A stretch of DNA of 64,000 bases from an uncultured virus (IMG/VR IMGVR_UViG_3300030376_004017) (IMGVR_UViG_3300030376_004017); one strand, 5' to 3'. Positions 20,091 through 29,815 are shown, counted from the first letter of the stretch. Notes: generated from the sequence alone by a model not told the origin. Program-made: numbers and translations.

Positions 20091-22498
20091 TTATATGTCT
20101 GTCATCTCTCCCCAATTTTCGCCTATCATAGCCTCTGATTTCATGTGAAAGACTTCGCCAAAAGGTGAAATCATTTCTCTGTTCAATGCTATGCAAGCTA
20201 GTTTAGCTACTTCGGTTGCAACGTCGGGAGCGCATTGCAACAAAACACTGTCGTGATTATTCTGTAGCACGTCTGCATTTAGTTCTTGTATCCGTGGATG
20301 GTTATATAAATCTGTGAATGCCATGTTAGTTATGCAGCCTACGGTTGACTGTGGTACGAAAGCGTAAGCTTCCTTATACATGGACGGCTCTATTGGTTGT
20401 GTGAACATCCGAGGATAGCCAAACAAGTTACGTAAAACTCTACCACGATTTAGTTCTGCGATAGTTTCTCTATGCCATAACCGAATCTCTGGAAACAGTT
20501 TGTGATAAGTTTCGAGAAAGAATGTGGCACGTTTGTTGGTCAGGTTTACTGCACCACCTGACTTCTGTAATACATTGACACGGAACGTAGGTGCTTTCAT
20601 TCCATAGTTACTGGCATGGCATACCATCTTGGCCATGAAGTAATAACGTTTGTCTGCTGACCAGTTGTCGCTGGAAGATATAAGTGTCTTGAGTTCCTGC
20701 CAGCGTGGTAGTTTAACTAACTCGGCAGCGGGAGCTTCACAATAATCTTTTAATGACTCACCTAACTCAGCAGCCCATACATCTTCAAACAATCTGAGTG
20801 CAACGTAGACATGTGACTTAACTCCGTTGGCAAACAATCGTCTAAAGTTTCCTTCGTGGCACAGATAGCTAACGACAAGTGCTTCTGCACCAGCTTGGTC
20901 AGCTTGAACAAGTACGTTACCGGGATCAGCAACGAACAGCTTCCTAAGTTTCTTGGGAAAGTTTTGTATGTTCGTACCCCACTGACCTAACAAGCGCCGT
21001 GACGCTAATCTGTATGAGGTTGTACCAGCCAGATTGTACGCAGTCGTGATACGCTTGTGGTCTAATGGTTTTGTACCTACCCACTCTGGAAACTTTAACT
21101 GCCCACTCTCTTTAGCAAGTGAACGATAGCGTAGGATAAGACTAATAACAGGATTGTCAGGATTCGACAACCTCAGTTGTAACAAAGCCTTTTCACTTGT
21201 GATATCTTTTGACGGACGTTTGTAACCTAACTTGTTATATAAATAGTTAGCGACTTGCTTGGGACTGTTAGGGTTAAGGTCGTTGCCTATAAGTAATCGT
21301 AGGAATCTCAGCAACACGTTCTGATGTCTGTCGTTGTTAGCTATGATGTCATCTAACTTGTCGTCCTTGTAACGTATGCCCTGCAACATGGCAGTCAGGT
21401 ATGGTACAACGCTATCATTAACTTGTTGTATACTTTCAGTTGCTTTGAAGTTTGCTGCAGTAGCATCTATCTGCGGCTGCAATAGTGCCATGCTTATAAC
21501 ATCCTTGGCATTGTACTCATACAACTGTGTCTGCTGCTCAAGCCCACGTGCATCGAACACGCCCTCGTTCTTGTGGTAGGGCTGGTCAGTGTACAACGAT
21601 AGGCAGTGACCTAACGACTTTTCTACTTCTGGAAATAATCTGTGGTGTGCAAGCATGGTATCGTACACACGTCGAGGTGCTGGGATACCGTACTTGTATG
21701 CCATGACAAACAAATCAAACAGAGAGTTGTGTATGACAGTTATGTTGTCACGCATTGCCACGGCAAGCGCAGCTAAAATCTTATGAGTGTCACTGTAGTA
21801 GTAACCTTCTCTCGGTGATACCACCATAGGTACACACCACGCAGTCGCGTCATCAAACGAAAATCCAAAACACGTAAGCTCAAGGTTACGATTAGTTTCA
21901 ATGTCAAAGTACATGTGCTTGCCCTTTGTGTTGGTAAGCACCTTGATAACTTCAGCAGCGCGAGGCCATAAGATATGTTTCGCCTTGGTTACTACAGCTT
22001 CCTGTGTCAGGTAGCCGACAGCTTTCTTTATGTCACGGGTGAGCCAGAACTTACGATTCGGTCTACGGGTTTTTCCATGCCGTCCCTTATCATCACCGCC
22101 CTTGCTATCATCTGTGTCGTTAGGGTTGAAGTATGCCTGTCTATCGACCGCTTCCTGCGGCTCGTACGATGGAACGTATGTGATACCGTCTTTGATGATG
22201 GGACATCCACGCTGTTCATCTATGCTGACACCTTGTGCTACCATATCTAAAGCCTTCTGCCCTAGCAGTAGAACAACTTTCGTACCCTCTTGGTACTTAA
22301 CCTCACCGTTGACCACAGCATCAGCGAGAAACACGTCTACGCTCTGCCTCGGTATAGGCGATAGCGCATTGTAAAACATCTGCCCTCCATAACCGCTAAG
22401 CAATTGCGCACGATCAAAGCGTGAAGGCTTCCCTAAAACTACAGTCAACCCTTTATACGGAAGGGTTGACTTCTTATATCTAATAGTTTCTACAGCCA
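20091..22498 (-). CDS. polA: DNA polymerase family A with N-terminal UDG-like region and 3'-5' exonuclease
   Basis: FDIET, HNSLFD, YNAKD exonuclease motifs; SYRLAS, NIQNFP, DQAGAE (A), KMVCHASNYG (B), HDS (C); start taken at MAVETIRY. Confidence 0.9.
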
Positions 22499-22680
22499 TA
22501 TAACCAATCGCTACATTATTGTTACCAGTGGTAAAAGAATAAACGCATAGGCGATCAACATAGGTAATGAATAACTGTGTACGCTTACCAAGCTCCCTTG
22601 CGTAAGGTCTACACAACCCAAACCAGACACCTTGCCACGTCTTAATAGTAAGTCTGTACCCATGCGTTTTTAAATTAAAT

Positions 22681-22714
22681 GTTATGGTCTTAGCGATTAA
22701 ACTAAGACCATAAC
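22681..22714 (-). terminator. 13-bp perfect stem-loop after the SSB gene
   Basis: gttatggtcttag-N8-ctaagaccataac, U-rich tail on the minus strand. Confidence 0.65.
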
Positions 22715-22721
22715 GTGACCC

Positions 22722-23207
22722 TTAGTTTATCGTGTGGTCAGCGTTCTTACGAAGAACACGTTTCAACCGATAGTTGTTGTTCATGATTGGATTGCCGTCG
22801 TCATCTAAGACAGGGCTACCATCATCAGTTTTTTGAGCGGTCTGCTCAGTTTCTAATGTAACGTCAGCAGCTAAGCCAGCGTACTGATCTACATTAGGAT
22901 TATCCGTATCGAACTCAGCGGATAGTTCAAGCGCACGATGAAGTGTCTTGACTCTCTTTAGAGTTATCTCCATAGCTTTCTCACTGAACGAGAGATAGTC
23001 ACGGAACTGTAAGCCAGCGATACGAACAGTTTTACCTTCGAGGTCTTCAGTAGCATCAGGTGCTACAACCTCCCATTGCATAACGATCATCGGCGCTCCG
23101 GCCTTACTCGTTGTGAACTCAGCTTCTATGATACGTGCTGAGTATGTGTCTTTTTTCAGATAAGGTCTTACGTTATCTGCGATTTCATCTAGGTTGATGA
23201 CTGCCAT
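22722..23207 (-). CDS. Phage ssDNA-binding protein (DUF669-like)
   Basis: YSARIIEAE...SKAGAPMI pattern; position in the replication module. Confidence 0.6.
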   Translation of the reverse strand: MAVINLDEIADNVRPYLKKDTYSARIIEAEFTTSKAGAPMIVMQWEVVAPDATEDLEGKTVRIAGLQFRDYLSFSEKAMEITLKRVKTLHRALELSAEFDTDNPNVDQYAGLAADVTLETEQTAQKTDDGSPVLDDDGNPIMNNNYRLKRVLRKNADHTIN

Positions 23208-23208
23208 T

Positions 23209-23457
23209 TTATTTAGTTTTGTTATTATTGGGAGCGTCTTTGTTTATAAGTTCTTCATTGACCGCACTCCTATTGTCAGGTGAAGAAAGCGTTTGTGCTA
23301 ATCCGTAGGTTAGCTTATCAACTGTGATAGTCTGCAGTAAGCTAAGCGCTTCTACGTATGTGATATCAAGTTCACTTGCAAATTCTTTAGCCTGTGCATG
23401 CGCTGCTCGCGCTACAGCTAAAGCCACTTCTTTATATTCTGATACTTCTTGTTGCAT
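23209..23457 (-). CDS. Hypothetical protein
   Basis: ORF fits the operon. Confidence 0.55.
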   Translation of the reverse strand: MQQEVSEYKEVALAVARAAHAQAKEFASELDITYVEALSLLQTITVDKLTYGLAQTLSSPDNRSAVNEELINKDAPNNNKTK

Positions 23458-23459
23458 AG

Positions 23460-23774
23460 TTATTCTCCTAAAATTAGTTTATCAATAAGATCGTCTACGG
23501 TATCTATATTCTTTGAGGCCAAAACATTCAGCAACTCATTTAGTTTACGTTGCTGATTGCTAGTGTAATCAGTGTCTGGCTTACCGTAAGCCAACATAAG
23601 ATCATCAAACAATTGCTTTAAGAACATATTGCTAGGCCACTCAACAGGATTAGCGTCTGTAATCTCAGGCAGTTGTCTAACAGCTTCTTTTAGATCACGC
23701 TGTGCATACTTTAAAATATCCTCAACGTTCTCAACAGTTCGTACCAAGTCGGCTACGTTATCTTTGTTGCTCAT
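23460..23774 (-). CDS. Hypothetical protein
   Basis: ORF fits the operon. Confidence 0.55.
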   Translation of the reverse strand: MSNKDNVADLVRTVENVEDILKYAQRDLKEAVRQLPEITDANPVEWPSNMFLKQLFDDLMLAYGKPDTDYTSNQQRKLNELLNVLASKNIDTVDDLIDKLILGE

Positions 23775-24427
23775 GCTGCGTAGTATTTCTTTGCTGCTTC
23801 AATAACTACAGCAATGTCATTGTCTATGTACGCATCCTTGAACATACCCATAGGAGTCTTGGCAGATGTAATGCCGTCACTGTTTGTTTGAAACACGTAA
23901 CGTACATTGCCTTCCTTGTCTCGCTTGACTTCAGTAAAGAGTACCATAAGGAACTCCTTTTCTATGCAGCCTTCATGCTGCTTACCTTGCACCTTGATGC
24001 GGCGTACGTTGTATGTGTCACCACTAGGCTGTGCAATCTGTACGATCTCATCAATGCCTGTGAATATTACAACGGCTCTATCATTCTTAACCTTCTCAAG
24101 CGTGGCACGTATCATACGATTATAGTATGACCATACATCGTAGCCTTTGAATGATGACTGTGCCAAAGCGATAAGTGTTTCTGTATACTTTGTGAAAGAT
24201 TCTATCACAATAACTTCACACTTCTCATCGGCAAGCGCCTTGTCTAAGGCTTGGTCGAACTCTTTTATGTTAGCGCATGACGCAACGTTAAACTTCCCTG
24301 CATTAGGGAACGGCAGACCTTTACGTTCAAGGTCTATGATATGGGTTTTATCGGGAGATAAGTTGCGCAGGGATGTTGATTTACCCGTACCGCTACTACC
24401 CACAACTCCTATTATGGCTTTACTCAT
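23771..24427 (-). CDS. AAA_24 / Sak4-like ATPase
   Basis: GSSGTGKST Walker A, SAKTPMGMF C-terminal motif. Confidence 0.75.
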   Translation of the reverse strand: MSKAIIGVVGSSGTGKSTSLRNLSPDKTHIIDLERKGLPFPNAGKFNVASCANIKEFDQALDKALADEKCEVIVIESFTKYTETLIALAQSSFKGYDVWSYYNRMIRATLEKVKNDRAVVIFTGIDEIVQIAQPSGDTYNVRRIKVQGKQHEGCIEKEFLMVLFTEVKRDKEGNVRYVFQTNSDGITSAKTPMGMFKDAYIDNDIAVVIEAAKKYYAA

Positions 24428-24710
24428 GTGTCTTGTTGTCTTTTAATTTTTCCTCAAGGGAAATTATACGACTGCGCAGTTGTCGGTTCTCACTTAGCAG
24501 ATCATAGAACTTCTGTCTAATAGATTCTATGTAATGCCATTGATCTATCACCTCTTCAGCTATGCTATCGACAAGCTGTAAGGGTTCCATGCGCATCAAA
24601 CCTTTTGTACCGTCAGGGTTATGTTCTTGCATACCCTTTGTAAATTTTGCTGGCGCTTCTTCTGTAAAACGCTTCAGCGCTATATCTCTTATTTGTGGAT
24701 CAGTTAACAT
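24420..24710 (-). CDS. Hypothetical protein, possible all-alpha NTP pyrophosphatase fold
   Basis: KFTKG...EEVIDQWHY; homologue at 52521. Confidence 0.5.
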   Translation of the reverse strand: MLTDPQIRDIALKRFTEEAPAKFTKGMQEHNPDGTKGLMRMEPLQLVDSIAEEVIDQWHYIESIRQKFYDLLSENRQLRSRIISLEEKLKDNKTHE

Positions 24711-25642
24711 TATGCTTGGAATAATAGTGGGTCATAGGTGTTAGTGGTAGAGAACAGAGACTCTATGATAGTCTCACGATCTTCTTGCCTCGGTGTTGTA
24801 CACACAGGTGAGAAGTTACACTTACCAAATTTAGTTTCACAGCAGGTGAAGTTAGGAGAGAACGTCTCTTCTGGATCTTCGCCACCTCGAATAACCTTGA
24901 GTAAGTTTGCTACGTACGTTTCTATCGTCAGCTTTAAGTGTTGCTCAAACTCTTTGAGTACGTGAGGGCTGAACGTTATGAACGCTGAGCGCTGGAACTT
25001 ATTCCTACCACTACGGTTAAGAAAGATACCGTTGATGATAACACTGCGAGGTACATCAGGAAACATACGCTTCCATATCATAGTGTAGAACATCATCTGA
25101 GGTGAGTTCTGATAGCTGTCTAAATACTTTTCAACTTGGTTGAGTGATGTTGTCTTGTGATCTATGAGCGCAGGTAGTCCGTTGTAGTTACCTATCATAT
25201 CAACAGTACCACATAGCACGACATCAATAAGCTCGCCGTCAGTCCAGTACGGTACAGCAAAGCGCTGCTCTAGTAGTGGGCCTTCATCACCCATGTCAGC
25301 TTTCAATCCGTCAAACTTTTCATACGTGTTAAAGTATTGTGTGAGTGTGGCTACGAGATGACCCATGTCACGGAAGTCATTGTCAGGTACATGTATGTCA
25401 TCTTGTTCAAAGTGTTCTATCGCAGTGGCGATGGATGCCTTCGTGTTACCTGTCGTGTAGTATTCTTGCAACGCTTTATGAAACGCTGTGCCATACTCCA
25501 TCTTGTGTGACTTCGCTTCATAGGTTAGGCCACGCGCTCCCATGTACCATAAGCGCCGAGGGCATGCTGTCTGGCTGTAGAGGGATGCGTCTAGCTTAAC
25601 TATATAGCGACCGTCGCTGGTTCTTTTTAAAGTTAAATTCAT
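24710..25642 (-). CDS. Cas4/RecB-like PD-(D/E)XK exonuclease
   Basis: CPRR, GTAFH, E..F, GTVD, DHKT, Q...Y and C-terminal Cys cluster. Confidence 0.8.
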   Translation of the reverse strand: MNLTLKRTSDGRYIVKLDASLYSQTACPRRLWYMGARGLTYEAKSHKMEYGTAFHKALQEYYTTGNTKASIATAIEHFEQDDIHVPDNDFRDMGHLVATLTQYFNTYEKFDGLKADMGDEGPLLEQRFAVPYWTDGELIDVVLCGTVDMIGNYNGLPALIDHKTTSLNQVEKYLDSYQNSPQMMFYTMIWKRMFPDVPRSVIINGIFLNRSGRNKFQRSAFITFSPHVLKEFEQHLKLTIETYVANLLKVIRGGEDPEETFSPNFTCCETKFGKCNFSPVCTTPRQEDRETIIESLFSTTNTYDPLLFQA

Positions 25643-25911
25643 TATCGTAAGTTTGCTGGTAAAATATCTTTAGCTGGTTTCTCTAAGTTAACTCCATGAA
25701 GTTCTGCAAGTTCTTTCATCTGTTCTTCAAGGGTTTGTTTTTTCTTCTTCGATATAACCGAAGCTTTCTTCTTACGCTTCGGTTTAACTATAGCTACGTT
25801 TGGGTCTGGCTGTGTTACAGATAGGTATGGCTTGAAGTGTTCTTTCAACTCTTCGTCAGACATATTCTCTAACTCTGCTATGTTACAGTTAAGTAGTTCT
25901 TCAATTGTCAT
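25642..25911 (-). CDS. Hypothetical protein
   Basis: ORF fits the operon. Confidence 0.55.
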   Translation of the reverse strand: MTIEELLNCNIAELENMSDEELKEHFKPYLSVTQPDPNVAIVKPKRKKKASVISKKKKQTLEEQMKELAELHGVNLEKPAKDILPANLR

Positions 25912-25978
25912 TCTTTATAATAGTTGTATGTTACAAAACTTAAAAACGCTATAAGGTATACAACGCCAATGTAATCGC

Positions 25979-26581
25979 TCATCGTATGATGCGGAAACTT
26001 TTCTCTTTAACAACAGACTCAGCGTCGGGTGCTATGCCAGCTAACGTCTGCAATATCCATGCTTCATCTTGTTCTGTTAAGAACTCTTCAAGCGTACCGC
26101 TCTCAAACATATCGCCGTCCTTAGCATTCTTCAACCAACGTATGACATCATGTCTCCACTTACCTGAGTCAGTTGTAGCAAACTCTAACGAACGTCCGTC
26201 ACCAGACTTCTGCCGTAGCTTACGCATACCCTCTTTAAAATATATTAAAACGCCAGAGTTATCTGGATCTTCTATCGCACGTATAGAAATTTGTGATCGT
26301 AGCAAACAGTACTCTGACCTCTCAGGATCATCTGTGTTTTGCATAAGCCATTTGAGCGCATCATTTATTTTACAATATAGTGTACGATAAGTGTAACCAG
26401 AACCCTTTGATGGTACAAAAACATCTGTAGGATCATTCATTAATTTATCTAAGATAGGTTTGACAGACTCTGCGCTAATCTCTGTGTATGTTGAACGATT
26501 CACCTTTAATGGTGAGCCTGTTTTACGTTCTGGTTTTTGTAATTTACCTATTACAATATCTATTGTGTTGTCATCTTCCAT
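25979..26581 (-). CDS. Hypothetical protein
   Basis: 200-aa ORF. Confidence 0.6.
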   Translation of the reverse strand: MEDDNTIDIVIGKLQKPERKTGSPLKVNRSTYTEISAESVKPILDKLMNDPTDVFVPSKGSGYTYRTLYCKINDALKWLMQNTDDPERSEYCLLRSQISIRAIEDPDNSGVLIYFKEGMRKLRQKSGDGRSLEFATTDSGKWRHDVIRWLKNAKDGDMFESGTLEEFLTEQDEAWILQTLAGIAPDAESVVKEKSFRIIR

Positions 26582-26605
26582 ATTAATATATCAACTTAAA
26601 TTATT

Positions 26606-26642
26606 AAAAAGATAGGAGAGAGTATTAACACTCTCCCCTATC
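26606..26642 (-). terminator. Rho-independent terminator
   Basis: gataggagagagt...actctcccctatc stem with U5 on the minus strand. Confidence 0.7.
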
Positions 26643-26654
26643 ATGAGTAATTAC

Positions 26655-27062
26655 TTACACTTCTTCCATCATGGAAGCCATCTGTTTCAGAAGTTCGTTA
26701 CCTTCCTCTGCCTTACCAGAGTTGAAAGCAGCTTGCGCTAACTTAAACAGTGCGGTAGGTGTAAGCTCACGTTGGTCAGGTTTCCACTTGTCTGCGTCAT
26801 CTGATGTAAAGAGTACACCATCATGGTGCTTCTCTTGTAAACGTGATTGCTGTGTTTTAAGATCATCTTCGTTAAGACCTTTCGGTAACGAGTTCTTGAC
26901 CTTCGCTCGTATACGACTAGCGACTTGCTGGTTTAGCAATGCTAGTACGTTGCTTTCTCCGATAGCTTCTACAGCTTCCGCTGTGGTATCGAATTGTTTC
27001 ACGGTGAATTTGAAACCTTTCCAATCACCGTCCTTGTACTCTTGTACGTTATACTGTGCCAT
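26655..27062 (-). CDS. Hypothetical protein, first gene after the sigma54 promoter
   Basis: 135-aa ORF between the promoter and a terminator. Confidence 0.65.
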   Translation of the reverse strand: MAQYNVQEYKDGDWKGFKFTVKQFDTTAEAVEAIGESNVLALLNQQVASRIRAKVKNSLPKGLNEDDLKTQQSRLQEKHHDGVLFTSDDADKWKPDQRELTPTALFKLAQAAFNSGKAEEGNELLKQMASMMEEV

Positions 27063-27123
27063 ATATGTTATGTTCTTGTTTATCTGCTAACGCTTTACAC
27101 GAGGTATCAGATACCTATTATAA

Positions 27124-27140
27124 AGCAAGATTCGTGCCAA
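27124..27140 (-). promoter_or_regulatory. sigma54 (-24/-12) promoter for the middle/replication operon
   Basis: Minus strand TTGGCACGAATCTTGCT, full match to YTGGCACGrNNNTTGCW; intergenic and correctly oriented. Confidence 0.85.
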
Positions 27141-27164
27141 AGTGCTTGACTTTTAAAACTATTT

Positions 27165-27917
27165 TTAGTACCTTTTAACATTTTCGGGTAGTTCTTTTAA
27201 GACTTCATACCGTAACATTAACTGCTCTAGTTCACGATAGTTACCCGCTAACTTATCTACTGATAAATGTTTCATAAGAGATTGTATTTCTTTCTTAGAC
27301 ATCTTCTCGTATGCTGGATGATTCTCTATGTACAGCACAGCATCACCAACTCTTTGCATTAAAGGTGTTAGGTGTATGTTGAACGTTGATAGTCTGTAGT
27401 ATAAATCCTCTCTAAATTCCTGCATCTTTATTCGTAAGGGTAGTGATGCACACGTGGCAGCTACGATGCGGCAGTTAGCTATGCGTGTCTCGTTGTCTCC
27501 CACCCTACGGTATGTACCAAACTGTATGAAACGTAGCAACTTTGCTTGCAAGCCTAGTGGCATGTCACCTATCTCATCGAGGAACAGCGTACCATTCTTG
27601 GCATACTCTACGAGTCCGTCTCGATCTCTGAAAGCGCCTGTGTAACTACCCTTTAAATGACCGAACAACTCACTTTCAAATAGCGTATCGGTTACTGCTG
27701 TGGTATTGACTGTGACAAACTCACCTACACGTGTACCGTGTAGTATGTGCGCTATCAATTCTTTCCCTGTACCAGTAGATCCTGTGATTAAGACAGGCTC
27801 AGGACGGTAGCTTAACGTTAGCGCATTGGCTAACTGTTTCTGTATGTAGCTATCGTTGGTATTGTAACGCTTGACTCGCGCTGCTAAATCTATTGTGCGT
27901 TCTTTTTCTGTGGCCAT
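27165..27917 (-). CDS. Stand-alone sigma54 activator (bEBP AAA+ domain only)
   Basis: GSTGTGKE, ESELFGHLKGSYTGA (GAFTGA loop), LFLDEIG, QAKLLR, FREDLYYRL, GNYRELE; no receiver/GAF domain and no HTH. Confidence 0.92.
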   Translation of the reverse strand: MATEKERTIDLAARVKRYNTNDSYIQKQLANALTLSYRPEPVLITGSTGTGKELIAHILHGTRVGEFVTVNTTAVTDTLFESELFGHLKGSYTGAFRDRDGLVEYAKNGTLFLDEIGDMPLGLQAKLLRFIQFGTYRRVGDNETRIANCRIVAATCASLPLRIKMQEFREDLYYRLSTFNIHLTPLMQRVGDAVLYIENHPAYEKMSKKEIQSLMKHLSVDKLAGNYRELEQLMLRYEVLKELPENVKRY

Positions 27918-28237
27918 TGTATTTCTTTACGTCCTAGTTCTGGGTGGTATACGTGATCTGTTATGCCTCGTAGATAGCTATGATCCTCTGGCACATAGTT
28001 ATCTAACTCTAACCTGTCGTAGTAATGATACGCTAACATAACATCCCAACCTTCAGCTAAACGTTCTTTGATAAGTTTTTGATCTGTACCGTCTACGCAT
28101 AGAGTCTCACGCTTATCATAAGTCTCATCATCTTTCTTAGGTGCTAGTAGTATTAGTGGAGTGTTATCGTTGAGATCACCTAGTGTACCGAACTTTTTAT
28201 CCGACGATCTAAAGTTTATTATCTTTTCTTTAATCAT
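27890..28237 (-). CDS. Hypothetical protein
   Basis: ORF fits the operon. Confidence 0.55.
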   Translation of the reverse strand: MIKEKIINFRSSDKKFGTLGDLNDNTPLILLAPKKDDETYDKRETLCVDGTDQKLIKERLAEGWDVMLAYHYYDRLELDNYVPEDHSYLRGITDHVYHPELGRKEIQWPQKKNAQ

Positions 28238-28410
28238 TCAAAACACCCTATTCCCTTATGTTCTTCCCATTTGAGTGACCATTGCTCGAACTCTCTAAGA
28301 GTTTCTATAACTTCTTCGTGTTTGTATGCGTTCTCTCCAGTCAGTCGGTATCTTGCGTTATCGCCAAAAGCTATCTCATACACCTCGTCTATGAATTTTT
28401 CATCTGTCAT
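28234..28410 (-). CDS. Hypothetical protein (58 aa), homologue of 58936-59127
   Basis: Own translation MTDEKFIDEVYEIAFGDNARYRL...FEQWSLKWEEHKGIGCFE. Confidence 0.7.
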   Translation of the reverse strand: MTDEKFIDEVYEIAFGDNARYRLTGENAYKHEEVIETLREFEQWSLKWEEHKGIGCFE

Positions 28411-28415
28411 GATTC

Positions 28416-28769
28416 TTATTTTGTAACTTCTTCACCTGTGTTTAGGTCAATGCTTATGATTTCACTCTCACCTATCTTACGTCCCTTTGTTGCGGTGCGT
28501 ATGTATTGCTCATGCTTATGCTGAGTAAAGTGTATAGGTAGGTCGAGCGTTGTCATCAATCCGCAAAGGCGCTCACGTGTAGTGTTCGTACCCCAACCTG
28601 CTAACGTAACTGTCAGTATGTTTGTACCGATTACGTGTTCAGCTATCTTGTTACGATGTAAGTATAGTCTAACCTCTGAGTCATTAGTTAGCGTAACTTC
28701 ATCGTTGCCTGATCGCTTCGCTTGTTTGTTAGCGAATGCTTCTGTCATTTGTCTGGTTATCTTTCTCAT
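28416..28769 (-). CDS. Hypothetical early protein
   Basis: LHRNKIA...GWGTNTTRERL pattern. Confidence 0.65.
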   Translation of the reverse strand: MRKITRQMTEAFANKQAKRSGNDEVTLTNDSEVRLYLHRNKIAEHVIGTNILTVTLAGWGTNTTRERLCGLMTTLDLPIHFTQHKHEQYIRTATKGRKIGESEIISIDLNTGEEVTK

Positions 28770-29041
28770 CTTTCTTGTATGTTAGAAACTGCTGTAAGTA
28801 TCTTAGTAAGTTCTTCAGGTGATACATGTTCCATAACAGTGTCACACTTTTGCACGACACTTAAATCCATAAACTCTTTGTACTCGTACCACTTATTATC
28901 TTTATCCCATATAGCTACCTCTGCTGTAGACTTGCCACTATCGCAGTGGTTGCCAGTTCTCCAGTGTACGCTGACTGTAAATTTGTTAGACGGAAACGTT
29001 ATGTAAAAGCCGTCAGTCGTAGAATCATAGGCGTTTGTCAT
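28766..29041 (-). CDS. Hypothetical early protein
   Basis: ORF with ATGA coupling on both sides. Confidence 0.6.
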   Translation of the reverse strand: MTNAYDSTTDGFYITFPSNKFTVSVHWRTGNHCDSGKSTAEVAIWDKDNKWYEYKEFMDLSVVQKCDTVMEHVSPEELTKILTAVSNIQER

Positions 29042-29242
29042 AGCTGTCCCTCCCTTAACATAACATCTACATTTTCTGTGAACCNNNNNNNNNNTAGTCT
29101 AACTTCTGAGTCATTAGTTAGCGTAACTTCATCGTTGCCTGATCGCTTCGCTTGTTTGTTAGCGAATGCTTCTGTTATTTGTCTAGTTATCTTTCTCATA
29201 GCTGTCCCTCCCTTAACATAACATCTACATTTTCTGTGAACC
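29038..29242. repeat. Scaffold gap (N10) flanked by local duplications
   Basis: 29038-29084 repeats 29196-29242; 29095-29199 repeats ~28665-28769 with a few SNPs. Confidence 0.85.
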
Positions 29243-29732
29243 AGTAAGGCGCACCGTAACCTAGACGTTCTGAGTGTGACCACTTGGCAAAGCGTTTCTT
29301 AGCTGTACGATAGTAACGACGATAACCCATGACAGGATTTTTCAGTACGAAACAGCGATCATGGAAATCACCAAAGCATTGTGGATGTTCTGTTAGCTCA
29401 GTGTGTTTAAATGTTAGAGTACTCTTCCAAGTATCACACCACTTTATAACACTCTCACTTGCATGTTGTACGATATCACAGCCGTAACGTTTAGTGTACT
29501 CTGCGCATAACTCGTTGGCATGTTCGATAAGCCACTTGTAGTTTGCTAAGCTATGCCTAGCCCATTGCGTACATGGATGGTTGTAATGGACACGCTTGTA
29601 TGGTGGGTTGTCCATAGGATCGTAGGCTGCGCATAACATCTGCGCTGATTCGAGCGGCATCTTAACGATATGCTTATCGCATAGCATACGTGCTGCTACC
29701 TTGGGGCTTGGGTGAACTACGAATATATTCAT
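29196..29732 (-). CDS. Pyrimidine-dimer DNA glycosylase (DenV-like family)
   Basis: MNIF...DKHIVKMPLESAQML...HYNHPCTQW...YRRYY. Confidence 0.8.
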   Translation of the reverse strand: MNIFVVHPSPKVAARMLCDKHIVKMPLESAQMLCAAYDPMDNPPYKRVHYNHPCTQWARHSLANYKWLIEHANELCAEYTKRYGCDIVQHASESVIKWCDTWKSTLTFKHTELTEHPQCFGDFHDRCFVLKNPVMGYRRYYRTAKKRFAKWSHSERLGYGAPYWFTENVDVMLREGQL

Positions 29733-29815
29733 TTTGTATGTTGTTGTTTTGTCTACGTTAGCTATGTGGTATAAAACTGGTGGCCAACTGACTATGATAG
29801 TATACCACAGTTGAT

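Noticed and set aside
22499..22616. N-terminal extension of PolA in the ORF track
   Set aside because: Non-ATG start inside a structured region; the ATG at 22498 is more plausible
22622..22638. Possible sigma54 promoter upstream of polA (minus strand TGGCAAGGTGTCTGGT)
   Set aside because: The -12 element is GG rather than GC and lacks TTGC
24710..25642. Cas4-like gene as evidence of a CRISPR system
   Set aside because: No repeat-spacer array or other cas genes; stand-alone phage nuclease
29038..29283. 81-aa ORF spanning the Ns
   Set aside because: Artefact of the scaffold gap and duplicated flanks
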